From an uncultured Candidatus Saccharibacteria bacterium (GTDB lineage Bacteria > Patescibacteriota > Minisyncoccia > Phycocordibacterales > PALSA-1337), in the NCBI GenBank assembly GCA_964394505.1, contig CAYMXR010000002.1, positions 2,494 through 52,908 of the forward strand: DNA of 50,415 bases, written 5' to 3'. A program made the translations under genes and the position numbers. The notes beneath the pieces were generated by a model. It did no database searches, was not told the DNA's origin, and saw only the letters and a list, made by a program, of their open reading frames with translations. Shown here in pieces: positions 20,988 to 28,680 of the stretch (its first letter is position 1; each line of letters begins with the position of its first letter).

Positions 20988-21093
20988 GGTGAGAGGTAAT
21001 AGGTAATAGGTAATAGGTAATAAAAGATAGGAAAGTTATTCTGTTTTAGCTCTTACCTCTAACCTTTTACCTCCTAACTCCTAACTCTTCACT
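20988..21093. repeat. Long imperfect hairpin built from short tandem repeats between convergent comFC and tyrS
   Basis: Purine-rich arm with (AGGTAAT)x4 at 20994..21021, facing a pyrimidine-rich arm CTCTTACCTCTAACCTTTTACCTCCTAACTCCTAACTC. The right arm runs into the last codons of tyrS. Shares the 14-mer TAGCTCTTACCTCT (21047..21060) with the hairpin at 32981..33068. Confidence 0.7.
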
Positions 21094-22280
21094 ACCCTTA
21101 CAAACCTCCTCTTCCCTATCTTCAAAATTGTATCTGCTGTTGGAGTAAAATTTGGATCGGCAATCTTTGTATCGTCTTCTAGGCGCACAGCACCACCGTC
21201 TATGAGCCTTCTCCATTCGGCCTTGGATGGGACAACTTCTGCTTTGATAAGAGCCTCTGGCAAAGACTCACCATTCTTCAAAATTATTTCTTGAATATCC
21301 TCTGGAAGCCCGCCTTTGGAAAATGTTTTCTCGAATGATTCTTGTGCACTATTTGCCATTTCCTCACCATGAAACCTTTTTACTATGTCAAAAGCGATAT
21401 GAGCTTTTGCATCACGGGGACCTTTATTCATCAAACTTTCCTTGTCTGCCAAAGGGATCCTCGTACAATAAACAAAGAGAGGTTCTATCATTGGATCTGG
21501 CAAAGACATGACTGCCCCAAAAAGTTCATTTGGCGGAAGATTGATGAAGACTCCGGTACCGTTTGATTTGGACATGAGCTCACCCGTCTTTGGATTTGCA
21601 ACGAGGTTCAGAGCAACAACAAACTTGTCTTTGTTCTTGAGACGCTTCAGCAAAGTCCTACCTGCAAGAGCGTTGAAAGTCTGATCGGTACCACAAACTT
21701 CTACATCGACATCCATGGCCACGCTGTCAAATCCTTGCATGAGTGGATACATGAACTCATGAAGGTGTATCGGTGTATTTTCTTTCAATCTTTTGGCGAA
21801 CATATCTCTCTCGAGCATTTGTTGGACGGTAAAATTTGAAGCAAGGTTCACAACATCACCAAAAGAAAGTTTTGACAACCACTCGGAATTGTAAGCTATC
21901 TTGGCGGGATTTTCTGGATCATCAAACTTGATAAGTGGCTTCACTTGTTCCAACCAGCCAGCGACATTGGCTTTGACCTGTTCTTGAGTCAACTGTTTTC
22001 TGGTTGCACTTTTGTCTGAAGGATCACCTATCTGTGCTGTAAAATCACCAAACAAAATGACTATCTCGTGACCAAGCTCTCGCAACTCTTCCATGAACAT
22101 GATGTTCTTTGCATGACCGAGGTGAAGTGCGGTAAATGTCGGATCAAAACCGATATACATCTTCATGCGATCACCACTCTCTAACCTCTCCATAAATTCT
22201 TTCTTTGTAGGCAAGACTTCTACCACTTCACCCCGCGCGAAGATTTCTTCTATTCGTGATTTATCGGTAATGATTTTCAT
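21081..22280 (-). CDS. tyrS: Tyrosyl-tRNA synthetase
   Basis: HIGH motif (LHLGH), KMSKS motif (LMSKS), C-terminal S4-like domain, 399 aa. Confidence 0.9.
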   Translation of the reverse strand: MKIITDKSRIEEIFARGEVVEVLPTKKEFMERLESGDRMKMYIGFDPTFTALHLGHAKNIMFMEELRELGHEIVILFGDFTAQIGDPSDKSATRKQLTQEQVKANVAGWLEQVKPLIKFDDPENPAKIAYNSEWLSKLSFGDVVNLASNFTVQQMLERDMFAKRLKENTPIHLHEFMYPLMQGFDSVAMDVDVEVCGTDQTFNALAGRTLLKRLKNKDKFVVALNLVANPKTGELMSKSNGTGVFINLPPNELFGAVMSLPDPMIEPLFVYCTRIPLADKESLMNKGPRDAKAHIAFDIVKRFHGEEMANSAQESFEKTFSKGGLPEDIQEIILKNGESLPEALIKAEVVPSKAEWRRLIDGGAVRLEDDTKIADPNFTPTADTILKIGKRRFVRVVKS

Positions 22281-22285
22281 ATTAA

Positions 22286-22606
22286 TTAGACTGCTGGGGT
22301 CGGATTTGCAGGAGGGTTATTGCTAGAGTTTGTGGAGGTGGTATTGTCTTTGACTTCCACAGGATGAGACTTAGAATGCCACTTTCCGACTACAAAATAC
22401 AAGTAGATAAGTTCCAAAATACCCATCGTGTTTACAACAAGAAGGATGATGAACCACCATTTTTCATCTCTTTTTGCCGCATTCCAAAGAGCATAGCCTT
22501 TGAGAGCGATGAATATCAAAAATAGAGCTACAAATATGATACTTATACCCGCAATTGACATTGGTCCTAATCCAAAAAACGGTCCCCCACTAAAATTATT
22601 CATCAT
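22286..22606 (-). CDS. Small membrane protein (two or three TM helices, low-complexity C-terminus)
   Basis: Hydrophobic profile. The KGYALWNAAKR...WWFI motif resembles a small conserved family common in CPR genomes. Confidence 0.5.
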   Translation of the reverse strand: MMNNFSGGPFFGLGPMSIAGISIIFVALFLIFIALKGYALWNAAKRDEKWWFIILLVVNTMGILELIYLYFVVGKWHSKSHPVEVKDNTTSTNSSNNPPANPTPAV

Positions 22607-22787
22607 AATGATTATATATGTTTATAATAAAGTTATTTTAGCATAAATAATATTAAAATCTCGGATAACATCTTTCTAGACAGAGTTCATATCAACTAGT
22701 ACATTTCCATTGCCGACTTTTTTACCATAATTGTTTAATATACTAGATGTCATTCGCAGACCGTCACGCTTCGTGGCGGTTTGTATT

Positions 22788-23084
22788 TTATACCTCTTTT
22801 CGAATCTTCATTTTCCAACTATCAATATTAATAAGGTCAATCTTTCCTTGTTCGTGTTTCTTGATGATATCTTTTAGTCTTGTTGATTCAAATTCTTTAG
22901 CAGTTTCGTCATCACCTTCGTCTATGCCCGAATAATAGAAGACTTTTTCACATTTCCATTTATCCGTGAGATACGCGTAGAGCTTACGCCAGTCAATAAT
23001 AAATCCGAGCAACTTACGAGTAGTACTTGCAGTATTTTGAACATCAACAAATGCATAACGCTTTTTTGATTTGAAAACTGACAT
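22788..23084 (-). CDS. Truncated NYN/LabA-like domain protein (possible gene fragment)
   Basis: N-terminus YAFVDVQNTAST...IDWRKLYAYL resembles the start of NYN domains, but the ORF stops at 98 aa before the distal acidic residues. Confidence 0.3.
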   Translation of the reverse strand: MSVFKSKKRYAFVDVQNTASTTRKLLGFIIDWRKLYAYLTDKWKCEKVFYYSGIDEGDDETAKEFESTRLKDIIKKHEQGKIDLINIDSWKMKIRKEV

Positions 23085-23301
23085 AGGTGGTATTGTACCA
23101 CTTTTTTATACCCAATTCCGTGTCTACTTATTGGGGTACAGATTAATTGCGGAAATTTTTGCTTAAAGTTCGAACGTTTTTCGCTCGAAATCCACGGGTG
23201 TGATTTTTTCCTTGAATGAAATGCGGGGTCTTTTAGCGACACTGTTTTATTTGAAACCACAAAAAATGGTTGGGCAGCACACGTCCGCTTCTATGAACGA
23301 A

Positions 23302-23886
23302 TCATTCTTCTCTCAAGTCACCTACTATCACATGCCATTTTATTCCTCTTTCAGAATCATAGGTTCCAATATCTGTATAATTACTATGTACTGCCAATGA
23401 TTTTCTGTTTGTGTCGGCGATTTCACCTACAAATATTTCGTAATTTTGTTCTTTTAGTATCTCTTGGGTCGCTGAGTGGAGGCGCACAAATGTCATACCA
23501 CCACGAAACGACTTATCAATACAAATTTGAGCAAAAATCACATAGTTATAATCTGCAATTAGCTTCCCATCAAATTCCATTTTTTCCGCCTGACTCAACA
23601 TTTCTGCAAAAAAAGGATTTCTATGACCTGCCTCTCTACTCATCGTAATTGCATATCCCTTAAGTTTTTCGCCACTAATACTAACAACAATACCAGAATC
23701 ATTAATAATTTCTGCTAATTCATTTTCGGTAGGATTCCACGTTACAAATCCTTCTTTTTCTTTTTCTTTTTCGGACAAATTATCTCCGAGGCTATTTTCG
23801 ATTAGCCGTCTAATAGAGGGGATATCTGGTATTTCCGCTCTTCTAATAACTGTTTTTTCTTTATTGATATTTTCAAAATCATTCAT
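23302..23886 (-). CDS. GNAT-family N-acetyltransferase (putative)
   Basis: 194 aa with QICIDKSFRGGMTF resembling the acetyl-CoA binding Q/RxxGxG/A segment. Confidence 0.5.
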   Translation of the reverse strand: MNDFENINKEKTVIRRAEIPDIPSIRRLIENSLGDNLSEKEKEKEGFVTWNPTENELAEIINDSGIVVSISGEKLKGYAITMSREAGHRNPFFAEMLSQAEKMEFDGKLIADYNYVIFAQICIDKSFRGGMTFVRLHSATQEILKEQNYEIFVGEIADTNRKSLAVHSNYTDIGTYDSERGIKWHVIVGDLREE

Positions 23887-23918
23887 AATATGAATTATAC
23901 TATCTTTTTATCTATTTG

Positions 23919-24006
23919 CGGAGACGGAGGGATTCGAACCCTCGAGGCCTTTAAGGGGCCTACATCTTTAGCAAAGATGCTTATTCGACCGCTCTAACAC
24001 GTCTCC
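23919..24006 (-). tRNA. tRNA-Ser (anticodon GCU)
   Basis: Minus strand GGAGACG...CGTCTCC-G. Anticodon arm CATCT-TTGCTAA-AGATG, long variable arm (GGCC...GGCC), T arm GAGGG-TTCGAAT-CCCTC. 88 nt, CCA not encoded. Confidence 0.9.
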
Positions 24007-24098
24007 TTTGGTACGCTACAACCACGAACTTCATGACCTGAGTCGATCGGAAGCGTCGATGGGTGGCGACCAAACCATTGTGGCATACAATAATTAAA

Positions 24099-24128
24099 TT
24101 GACAAAACACTTATTGATTTGTTACAAT
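24099..24128 (+). promoter_or_regulatory. Near-consensus sigma70-type promoter (TTGACA-N18-TACAAT) pointing at the 3' end of the MazF-fusion gene
   Basis: TTGACA at 24099..24104 and TACAAT at 24123..24128. No plus-strand ORF follows. Confidence 0.5.
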
Positions 24129-24134
24129 ACTTGC

Positions 24135-24176
24135 ATAAGTGGCTTCGGCCTCGCGCTCATCCGTAAGGGTGAGCGC
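24135..24176 (+). ncRNA. Candidate small structured RNA (two tetraloop hairpins) downstream of the promoter
   Basis: GGC-UUCG-GCC at 24141..24150, and a perfect 10-bp stem with a GUAA loop at 24153..24176. Both loops are stable tetraloops only on the plus strand. The 3' end is undefined, and it may instead be the terminator of the convergent gene. Confidence 0.3.
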
Positions 24177-24194
24177 AAACAGTTATACCCGAAA

Positions 24195-25055
24195 TTATCC
24201 AAAATTAGTCTTTTTTATAAAATCAACTAATCTGGTAAAAGTCTCCGTATCCAATACACCAATCTTCTTTCTTAACCTTTTTGCATCAATCAATCTTATT
24301 TGCTCAACCATAGCATAAGATTCCTCAACATTATTAAACTGATGACCTAATGAAAATAAGTTCTTACGTTTTTTTGAAGTGGTAAGTGGTACTATTAGAC
24401 ACGTATCCAAACTCAATCTTTTAATTACAGCAACCGGTCTTGTAAATTCCTCCCCTTTGCCATTCTGCTCAAATCCAACATTCTTACCTATTGAAGACCA
24501 CCAAATCTCTCTTTCGTGAAAAAAGACCTTACTATTATCTTTAATCAAATCATCTTTTACCTTATGCCATCTTTTCAATTTATCATCCATCAAATCAATT
24601 TCAATTCGATCAATACCAAATTCTTCAAACTCTTTTTCCCAAAGGATCTGGCAATCAGTAAGCTTCATAAGACGTTCTTCCTTGGTCATATCTCTTATCT
24701 CTTCAATTGTGTATTTATTCTGAAAATCCCTTTCACCAAGCCATTCGGAAATTTCATCCCAAGTTGTATGTTCGTCGTACCTTTCGATTAGACTCCTAAC
24801 AGAGGATTCATCATCTAGATCAAAATTTGCATAATATTTCCCAAATTCTTTATCATAATCAACGTATTTTTCATAACCCATCTCTTTAGCAAATGAAAAT
24901 ACATAATCTCTAATTGCTTTAATATCTTTATTCTGCTCCATATCCCCTTCACAAATAGCATTAGCAATCCAATCTGCCATGTAAACAGAGCGCATAAGAT
25001 CCCAATATTGTTTCTTAGTTATATTTATCTGCATAATAATTAGAGACCAGTCCAT
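24195..25055 (-). CDS. PemK/MazF-family toxin domain fused to a ~165-aa acidic N-terminal domain of unknown function
   Basis: C-terminal 120 aa (EIWWSSIGKNVGFEQNGKGEEFTRPVAVI...IVPLTTSKK...VEQIRLIDAKRLRKKIG) follows the PemK pattern GxExxG..RPxxV..PxTS..QxRxxDxxRL. The N-terminal part is rich in D/E/W with no recognisable family. Confidence 0.7.
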   Translation of the reverse strand: MDWSLIIMQINITKKQYWDLMRSVYMADWIANAICEGDMEQNKDIKAIRDYVFSFAKEMGYEKYVDYDKEFGKYYANFDLDDESSVRSLIERYDEHTTWDEISEWLGERDFQNKYTIEEIRDMTKEERLMKLTDCQILWEKEFEEFGIDRIEIDLMDDKLKRWHKVKDDLIKDNSKVFFHEREIWWSSIGKNVGFEQNGKGEEFTRPVAVIKRLSLDTCLIVPLTTSKKRKNLFSLGHQFNNVEESYAMVEQIRLIDAKRLRKKIGVLDTETFTRLVDFIKKTNFG

Positions 25056-25128
25056 TCTGGCACACTATAAATTAATTATCAAAAAACTAACCTATTGCAC
25101 CCCCTTTCCCAATAGCTATAATTACCCC

Positions 25129-27534
25129 ATGTCCCTCACCCTAGAGACCAAGGTCTCCGAGCACTTCCGAATCACGCCAGCCCAAAAGATGGCTTTGAAG
25201 AAACTTGGTATAGAAAATATCGAAGACCTCCTTTACCATTTCCCTGTTCGCTACGGCGATACCGCAGTGGCAAAAAGTATCGATTCCTTGCAAGCCGGCG
25301 ACAGTGCAGTCATTTTTGGTAAAATTAGTGGACTAAAAGCTAGCAAAGGGTTCAAAACCAAGGTCACTATGGCAGATGGATATGTAGAAGATGAAACTGG
25401 TCGTATTCACTGCGTCTGGTTCAATCAACCATATCTTGCAAAGATGATCCAGGACGAATCTCTAGTGCGGATAGAAGGCAAGGTTAGTGCAAGAAGAAAA
25501 AAGACAACTGTTATCAATCAAAATGACCAATCGCCAGAGATCTATTTTTCCAATCCAAAAGTTGAAGTAGTAAACAGTGTACCCATAGGTGTCGGTGATT
25601 CACTTTTTGGTGACGGTAATGAAGCTCATACCCTCTACCCAGTTTACCCAGAATCTAGAGGTATAAGTTCGAGCTGGATATATCATGCTCTCCAAAAATT
25701 ATTCAAAAATAACATTTTGGAAATGATGAATGACCCTATACCAGAATCTATCCTTACAAAATATCATTTACCAAATATAAAAACCGCTCTCGTCTGGATC
25801 CATACGCCACTTAGGCGCGACGACGCCGTTTCTGCCCGCAAGAGATTTTCTTTTGAAGAAATATTTGTAATCCAGCTCGGTAAAAAACAAGCTCGAAAAA
25901 AATATGAGTCGCACCCCTCATTCCTCATCGAAACACCGATAGAAGAAGTGCAGGAATTCGTAAGACGATTCCCATTCCAAGCCACCGAAGCACAAACAAG
26001 AGCAATAGAGACGATAGTTAGCGAGATGAAAGGTGGACAAGCAATGTCTAGACTACTCGAAGGTGATGTGGGATCTGGCAAGACCGCTGTTGCAGCCGCC
26101 ACCGCCTATGCTGTTATGGTTTCCAAACCAAATAAAAATATGGTGTCGACAAATCCTAAAAATTCCGCCCAAAGCTTAAACCAAAAAAAACTTACAGAAA
26201 ATGAAAGCTTTATTCAAGTTGATCGAACCAATGCAAAACCAATACCAAAACCCAGTGAAAAAACTGTTCGCTCTTCAAATCTACAAATTGCCTATATGTG
26301 CCCAACCGAGATCTTGGCTACTCAACACTTCGAATCTTTCATCCAATATTTTTCATATATGCCTATCCAGATCGGCCTCATCACTGGTTCGGGTTGCAGA
26401 AAATTCCCTTCCAAAGTCAATCCAAAAGGTTGGACCGATATATCCCGAACACAACTTCTAGAATGGGTTTTAAATGGTGAGATAGCCGTTCTTATCGGCA
26501 CTCACGCTCTCATTCAAAAGAGCGTGGTCTTCAAAAATCTCGCTTATGTGATAATAGACGAGCAGCACCGATTTGGGACAGCGCAAAGAGCAAAATTGGT
26601 AAAAAAAAATTTTCCAAATGTTGAAAAGATCGCTCTAGAAAAAAGTCCTAAAATAAAAAATGTAAACAACGATTCAATTATCGAGACACATTCGGCGCCT
26701 CATCTCCTCTCCATGACCGCAACCCCTATTCCCCGCACACTTGCTCTCACAATGTACGGGGACTTGGATCTTACTTTACTCGACCAATCTCCAGCAGGCA
26801 GAAAGCCTATAATTACCGAGCTTGTCTTGCCAGAAAAAAGACAGGAGATATATGAGACGATTCGAGTTGAACTCCGAGCCGGAAGACAGATGTATGTCAT
26901 CTGCCCGAGGATAGATGAACCTGATCCAGACAAAGAAGCGGCGATCATTGCCAAATCGGTAAAAGAAGAGGCTGTAAGACTAAAACGATCGGTCTTCCCT
27001 GAATATGAAATCGGAATTTTGCATAGCAAGATGAAACCAGACGAAAAAGATCGAGTGATGAATGATTTTAAAATTGGAAAAATTAAAATCCTGTGTGCTA
27101 CATCAGTGGTCGAAGTTGGTGTTAATGTGCCGAATGCTACAGTCATCATTATTGAAGGTGCAGAGAGGTTCGGTCTTGCTCAATTGCATCAACTGCGAGG
27201 TCGCGTCATGCGAAGCACATTCCAAGCCTTCTGCTACGCCTTTACCGAAACTACATCTCAAAAATCTATCGAAAGATTGCGAGCTCTCCAAAGTGCCAAG
27301 AACGGTTTTGAACTAGCTGAGCTTGATCTTTCCCAAAGAGGTGCTGGCCAATTGTCCGGTAGTCAACAATGGGGTGTCTCAGACATTGCTATGGAAGCAT
27401 TACAAAACCTGAAGATGGTAGAAGCGGCGCGAGCGGAGGCGAGCATGCTTGTCGAACAAGATATCACTCTATCGGCCTTCCCTATTCTAAAGAAAAAGGT
27501 AGATGAGCACAGTGCGGGATCGCATTTTGAGTGA
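25129..27534 (+). CDS. recG: ATP-dependent DNA helicase RecG (with low-complexity insertions)
   Basis: Wedge/OB N-terminus, GDVGSGKT, PTEILATQH, IIDEQHRFG, MTATPIPRT, QLHQLRGRV. About 100 aa longer than typical RecG. Confidence 0.92.
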   Translation: MSLTLETKVSEHFRITPAQKMALKKLGIENIEDLLYHFPVRYGDTAVAKSIDSLQAGDSAVIFGKISGLKASKGFKTKVTMADGYVEDETGRIHCVWFNQPYLAKMIQDESLVRIEGKVSARRKKTTVINQNDQSPEIYFSNPKVEVVNSVPIGVGDSLFGDGNEAHTLYPVYPESRGISSSWIYHALQKLFKNNILEMMNDPIPESILTKYHLPNIKTALVWIHTPLRRDDAVSARKRFSFEEIFVIQLGKKQARKKYESHPSFLIETPIEEVQEFVRRFPFQATEAQTRAIETIVSEMKGGQAMSRLLEGDVGSGKTAVAAATAYAVMVSKPNKNMVSTNPKNSAQSLNQKKLTENESFIQVDRTNAKPIPKPSEKTVRSSNLQIAYMCPTEILATQHFESFIQYFSYMPIQIGLITGSGCRKFPSKVNPKGWTDISRTQLLEWVLNGEIAVLIGTHALIQKSVVFKNLAYVIIDEQHRFGTAQRAKLVKKNFPNVEKIALEKSPKIKNVNNDSIIETHSAPHLLSMTATPIPRTLALTMYGDLDLTLLDQSPAGRKPIITELVLPEKRQEIYETIRVELRAGRQMYVICPRIDEPDPDKEAAIIAKSVKEEAVRLKRSVFPEYEIGILHSKMKPDEKDRVMNDFKIGKIKILCATSVVEVGVNVPNATVIIIEGAERFGLAQLHQLRGRVMRSTFQAFCYAFTETTSQKSIERLRALQSAKNGFELAELDLSQRGAGQLSGSQQWGVSDIAMEALQNLKMVEAARAEASMLVEQDITLSAFPILKKKVDEHSAGSHFE

Positions 27535-27554
27535 TCAAAGACTACCAAGAATTT

Positions 27555-27767
27555 TCAGATACTTCTCTGCTCCGTAAGTACTTGGTCAGCAACATTCCTC
27601 TCGAAAATATCTTTTAAGAAAATATGGACCAACTCTTGAAAGCGTTTTTTTGCATGCTCCTCGGAACGACCAACTGTAGAAATATCCAATGCTGGAGAAT
27701 AAGCAATGACCTGTTTGTGATCCTTAATAAAATTAACAGTAAGTTTAATTTTCGGAAGTGAAATCAT
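27555..27767 (-). CDS. Small HicB/UPF0150-like protein (putative orphan antitoxin fold)
   Basis: 70 aa. The VIAYSPALDISTVGRSEEHAKKRFQE pattern resembles HicB-like N-terminal domains. No HicA nearby. Confidence 0.3.
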   Translation of the reverse strand: MISLPKIKLTVNFIKDHKQVIAYSPALDISTVGRSEEHAKKRFQELVHIFLKDIFERNVADQVLTEQRSI

Positions 27768-27815
27768 ATTATTATCCTAGCATAGGAATATGGTCGAATC
27801 TAGCAATATTTTTTG

Positions 27816-27887
27816 TCCGCCCTCCTGGACTTGAACCAGGAACCGATCGAGTATAAGTCGATTGCTCTACCATTGAGCTAAGGGCGG
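27816..27887 (-). tRNA. tRNA-Ile (anticodon UAU)
   Basis: Minus strand CCGCCCT-TA-GCTC-AATGGTA-GAGC-A-ATCGA-CTTATAC-TCGAT-CGGTT-CCTGG-TTCAAGT-CCAGG-AGGGCGG-A. The 7-nt anticodon loop has UAU at 34-36. CCA not encoded. Confidence 0.8.
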
Positions 27888-27907
27888 GCGCACATTTTCA
27901 AAATTAC

Positions 27908-27955
27908 TCACTCCAATTTATAAGTCGATTGCTCTACCATTGAGCTAGGAGTGGG
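27908..27955 (-). pseudogene. Internally deleted tRNA copy (acceptor 5' strand, D arm and anticodon 5' half joined directly to an acceptor 3' strand)
   Basis: A 29-nt block (27919..27947) is identical to 27852..27880 of the intact tRNA. It has a different acceptor (CCACTCC) that still finds its complement GGAGTG right after the anticodon loop. The anticodon 3' strand, variable loop and T arm are missing. Confidence 0.6.
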
Positions 27956-27973
27956 TGATGAATTTTCACAGCA

Positions 27974-28633
27974 CTACACATAACCTCGCAAGTACTTTAA
28001 ACCGGACATTACAAACAGGTAAAGTTCCTTGTTTAAATATAGTACACTGCATGTTCCATGTCCAAACCCAGACTTATAAGTTATATCACATAATCTGGTC
28101 TTTTTGATATATGGCTTTCTAAACTGGGTAATTGGTATTTTAAGATAAGATGACCAAAATTGCATCTCTTTTCCTATATTCATATCGCTATATAAATGTA
28201 AAACTACTTTTAACTTAGAACTTTTTACATTCATAACATGTAACCACTTAATAAAAAGTCTCAAGATATCTGGATCTGTATTCGTCATAGCTACAGTACT
28301 GGGTGCAGCTTTTGTTCCCTCTCCCCAATACAAGAATAACCCCGCTAAGATTATTTCTCTCTCAGAAAGCTTTCCAATTTTATCTGTTACATTATCAAAT
28401 GACTTCTTCTCTTCAATCTCCTTCTTCGTCCTCATCGTATTTCTAAATCTTTCAATTCGAGCAGGATTTTTTCCTCGCAATGAATCAATCCGTTCTTTTG
28501 ACAGAGGAAAGTCTTTCAACCAAAGACTCAATGTTGATTTGCTTACATTGACCTTATTCCTTATTTGACTGTAACTTAGGCCCTTGTTCCTTAAGCCGAG
28601 TACAACTTGCTTATCTTTTTCTTTTGCAATCAT
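27974..28633 (-). CDS. HTH plus LAGLIDADG-like homing-endonuclease-type protein (free-standing)
   Basis: N-terminal HTH-like segment GLSYSQIRNKVNVSKSTLSLWL. Central ILAGLFLYWGEGTK...DPDILRLFIKWL resembles a single LAGLIDADG motif with GEG in place of GDG. Confidence 0.45.
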   Translation of the reverse strand: MIAKEKDKQVVLGLRNKGLSYSQIRNKVNVSKSTLSLWLKDFPLSKERIDSLRGKNPARIERFRNTMRTKKEIEEKKSFDNVTDKIGKLSEREIILAGLFLYWGEGTKAAPSTVAMTNTDPDILRLFIKWLHVMNVKSSKLKVVLHLYSDMNIGKEMQFWSSYLKIPITQFRKPYIKKTRLCDITYKSGFGHGTCSVLYLNKELYLFVMSGLKYLRGYV

Positions 28634-28680
28634 GTACCAATGATATCACATCACCAGATTACAAATCCATAGTCCAACAA

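Noticed and set aside
20994-21021. AGGTAAT x4 microsatellite considered as a phase-variation tract
   Set aside because: It lies in the intergenic region after the comFC stop codon and forms one arm of a hairpin, so it is not placed to shift a reading frame or promoter spacing.
22922-23260. 112-aa minus-strand ORF overlapping the NYN-like ORF, considered as the upstream half of a frameshifted gene
   Set aside because: The translation has no recognisable domain and has odd composition. It more likely covers the 5' UTR or promoter region of the NYN-like ORF.
24007-24098. Small SRP (4.5S) RNA next to tRNA-Ser, because of CAGGTCATGAAG on the minus strand and TC-GGAA-GC on the plus strand
   Set aside because: I could not build helix 8. 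There is no GGAAGCAGC-type 3' strand, no closing stem around a GNRA loop with the symmetric and asymmetric loops, and no pairing of the ends. It is probably just the tRNA-Ser leader or spacer.
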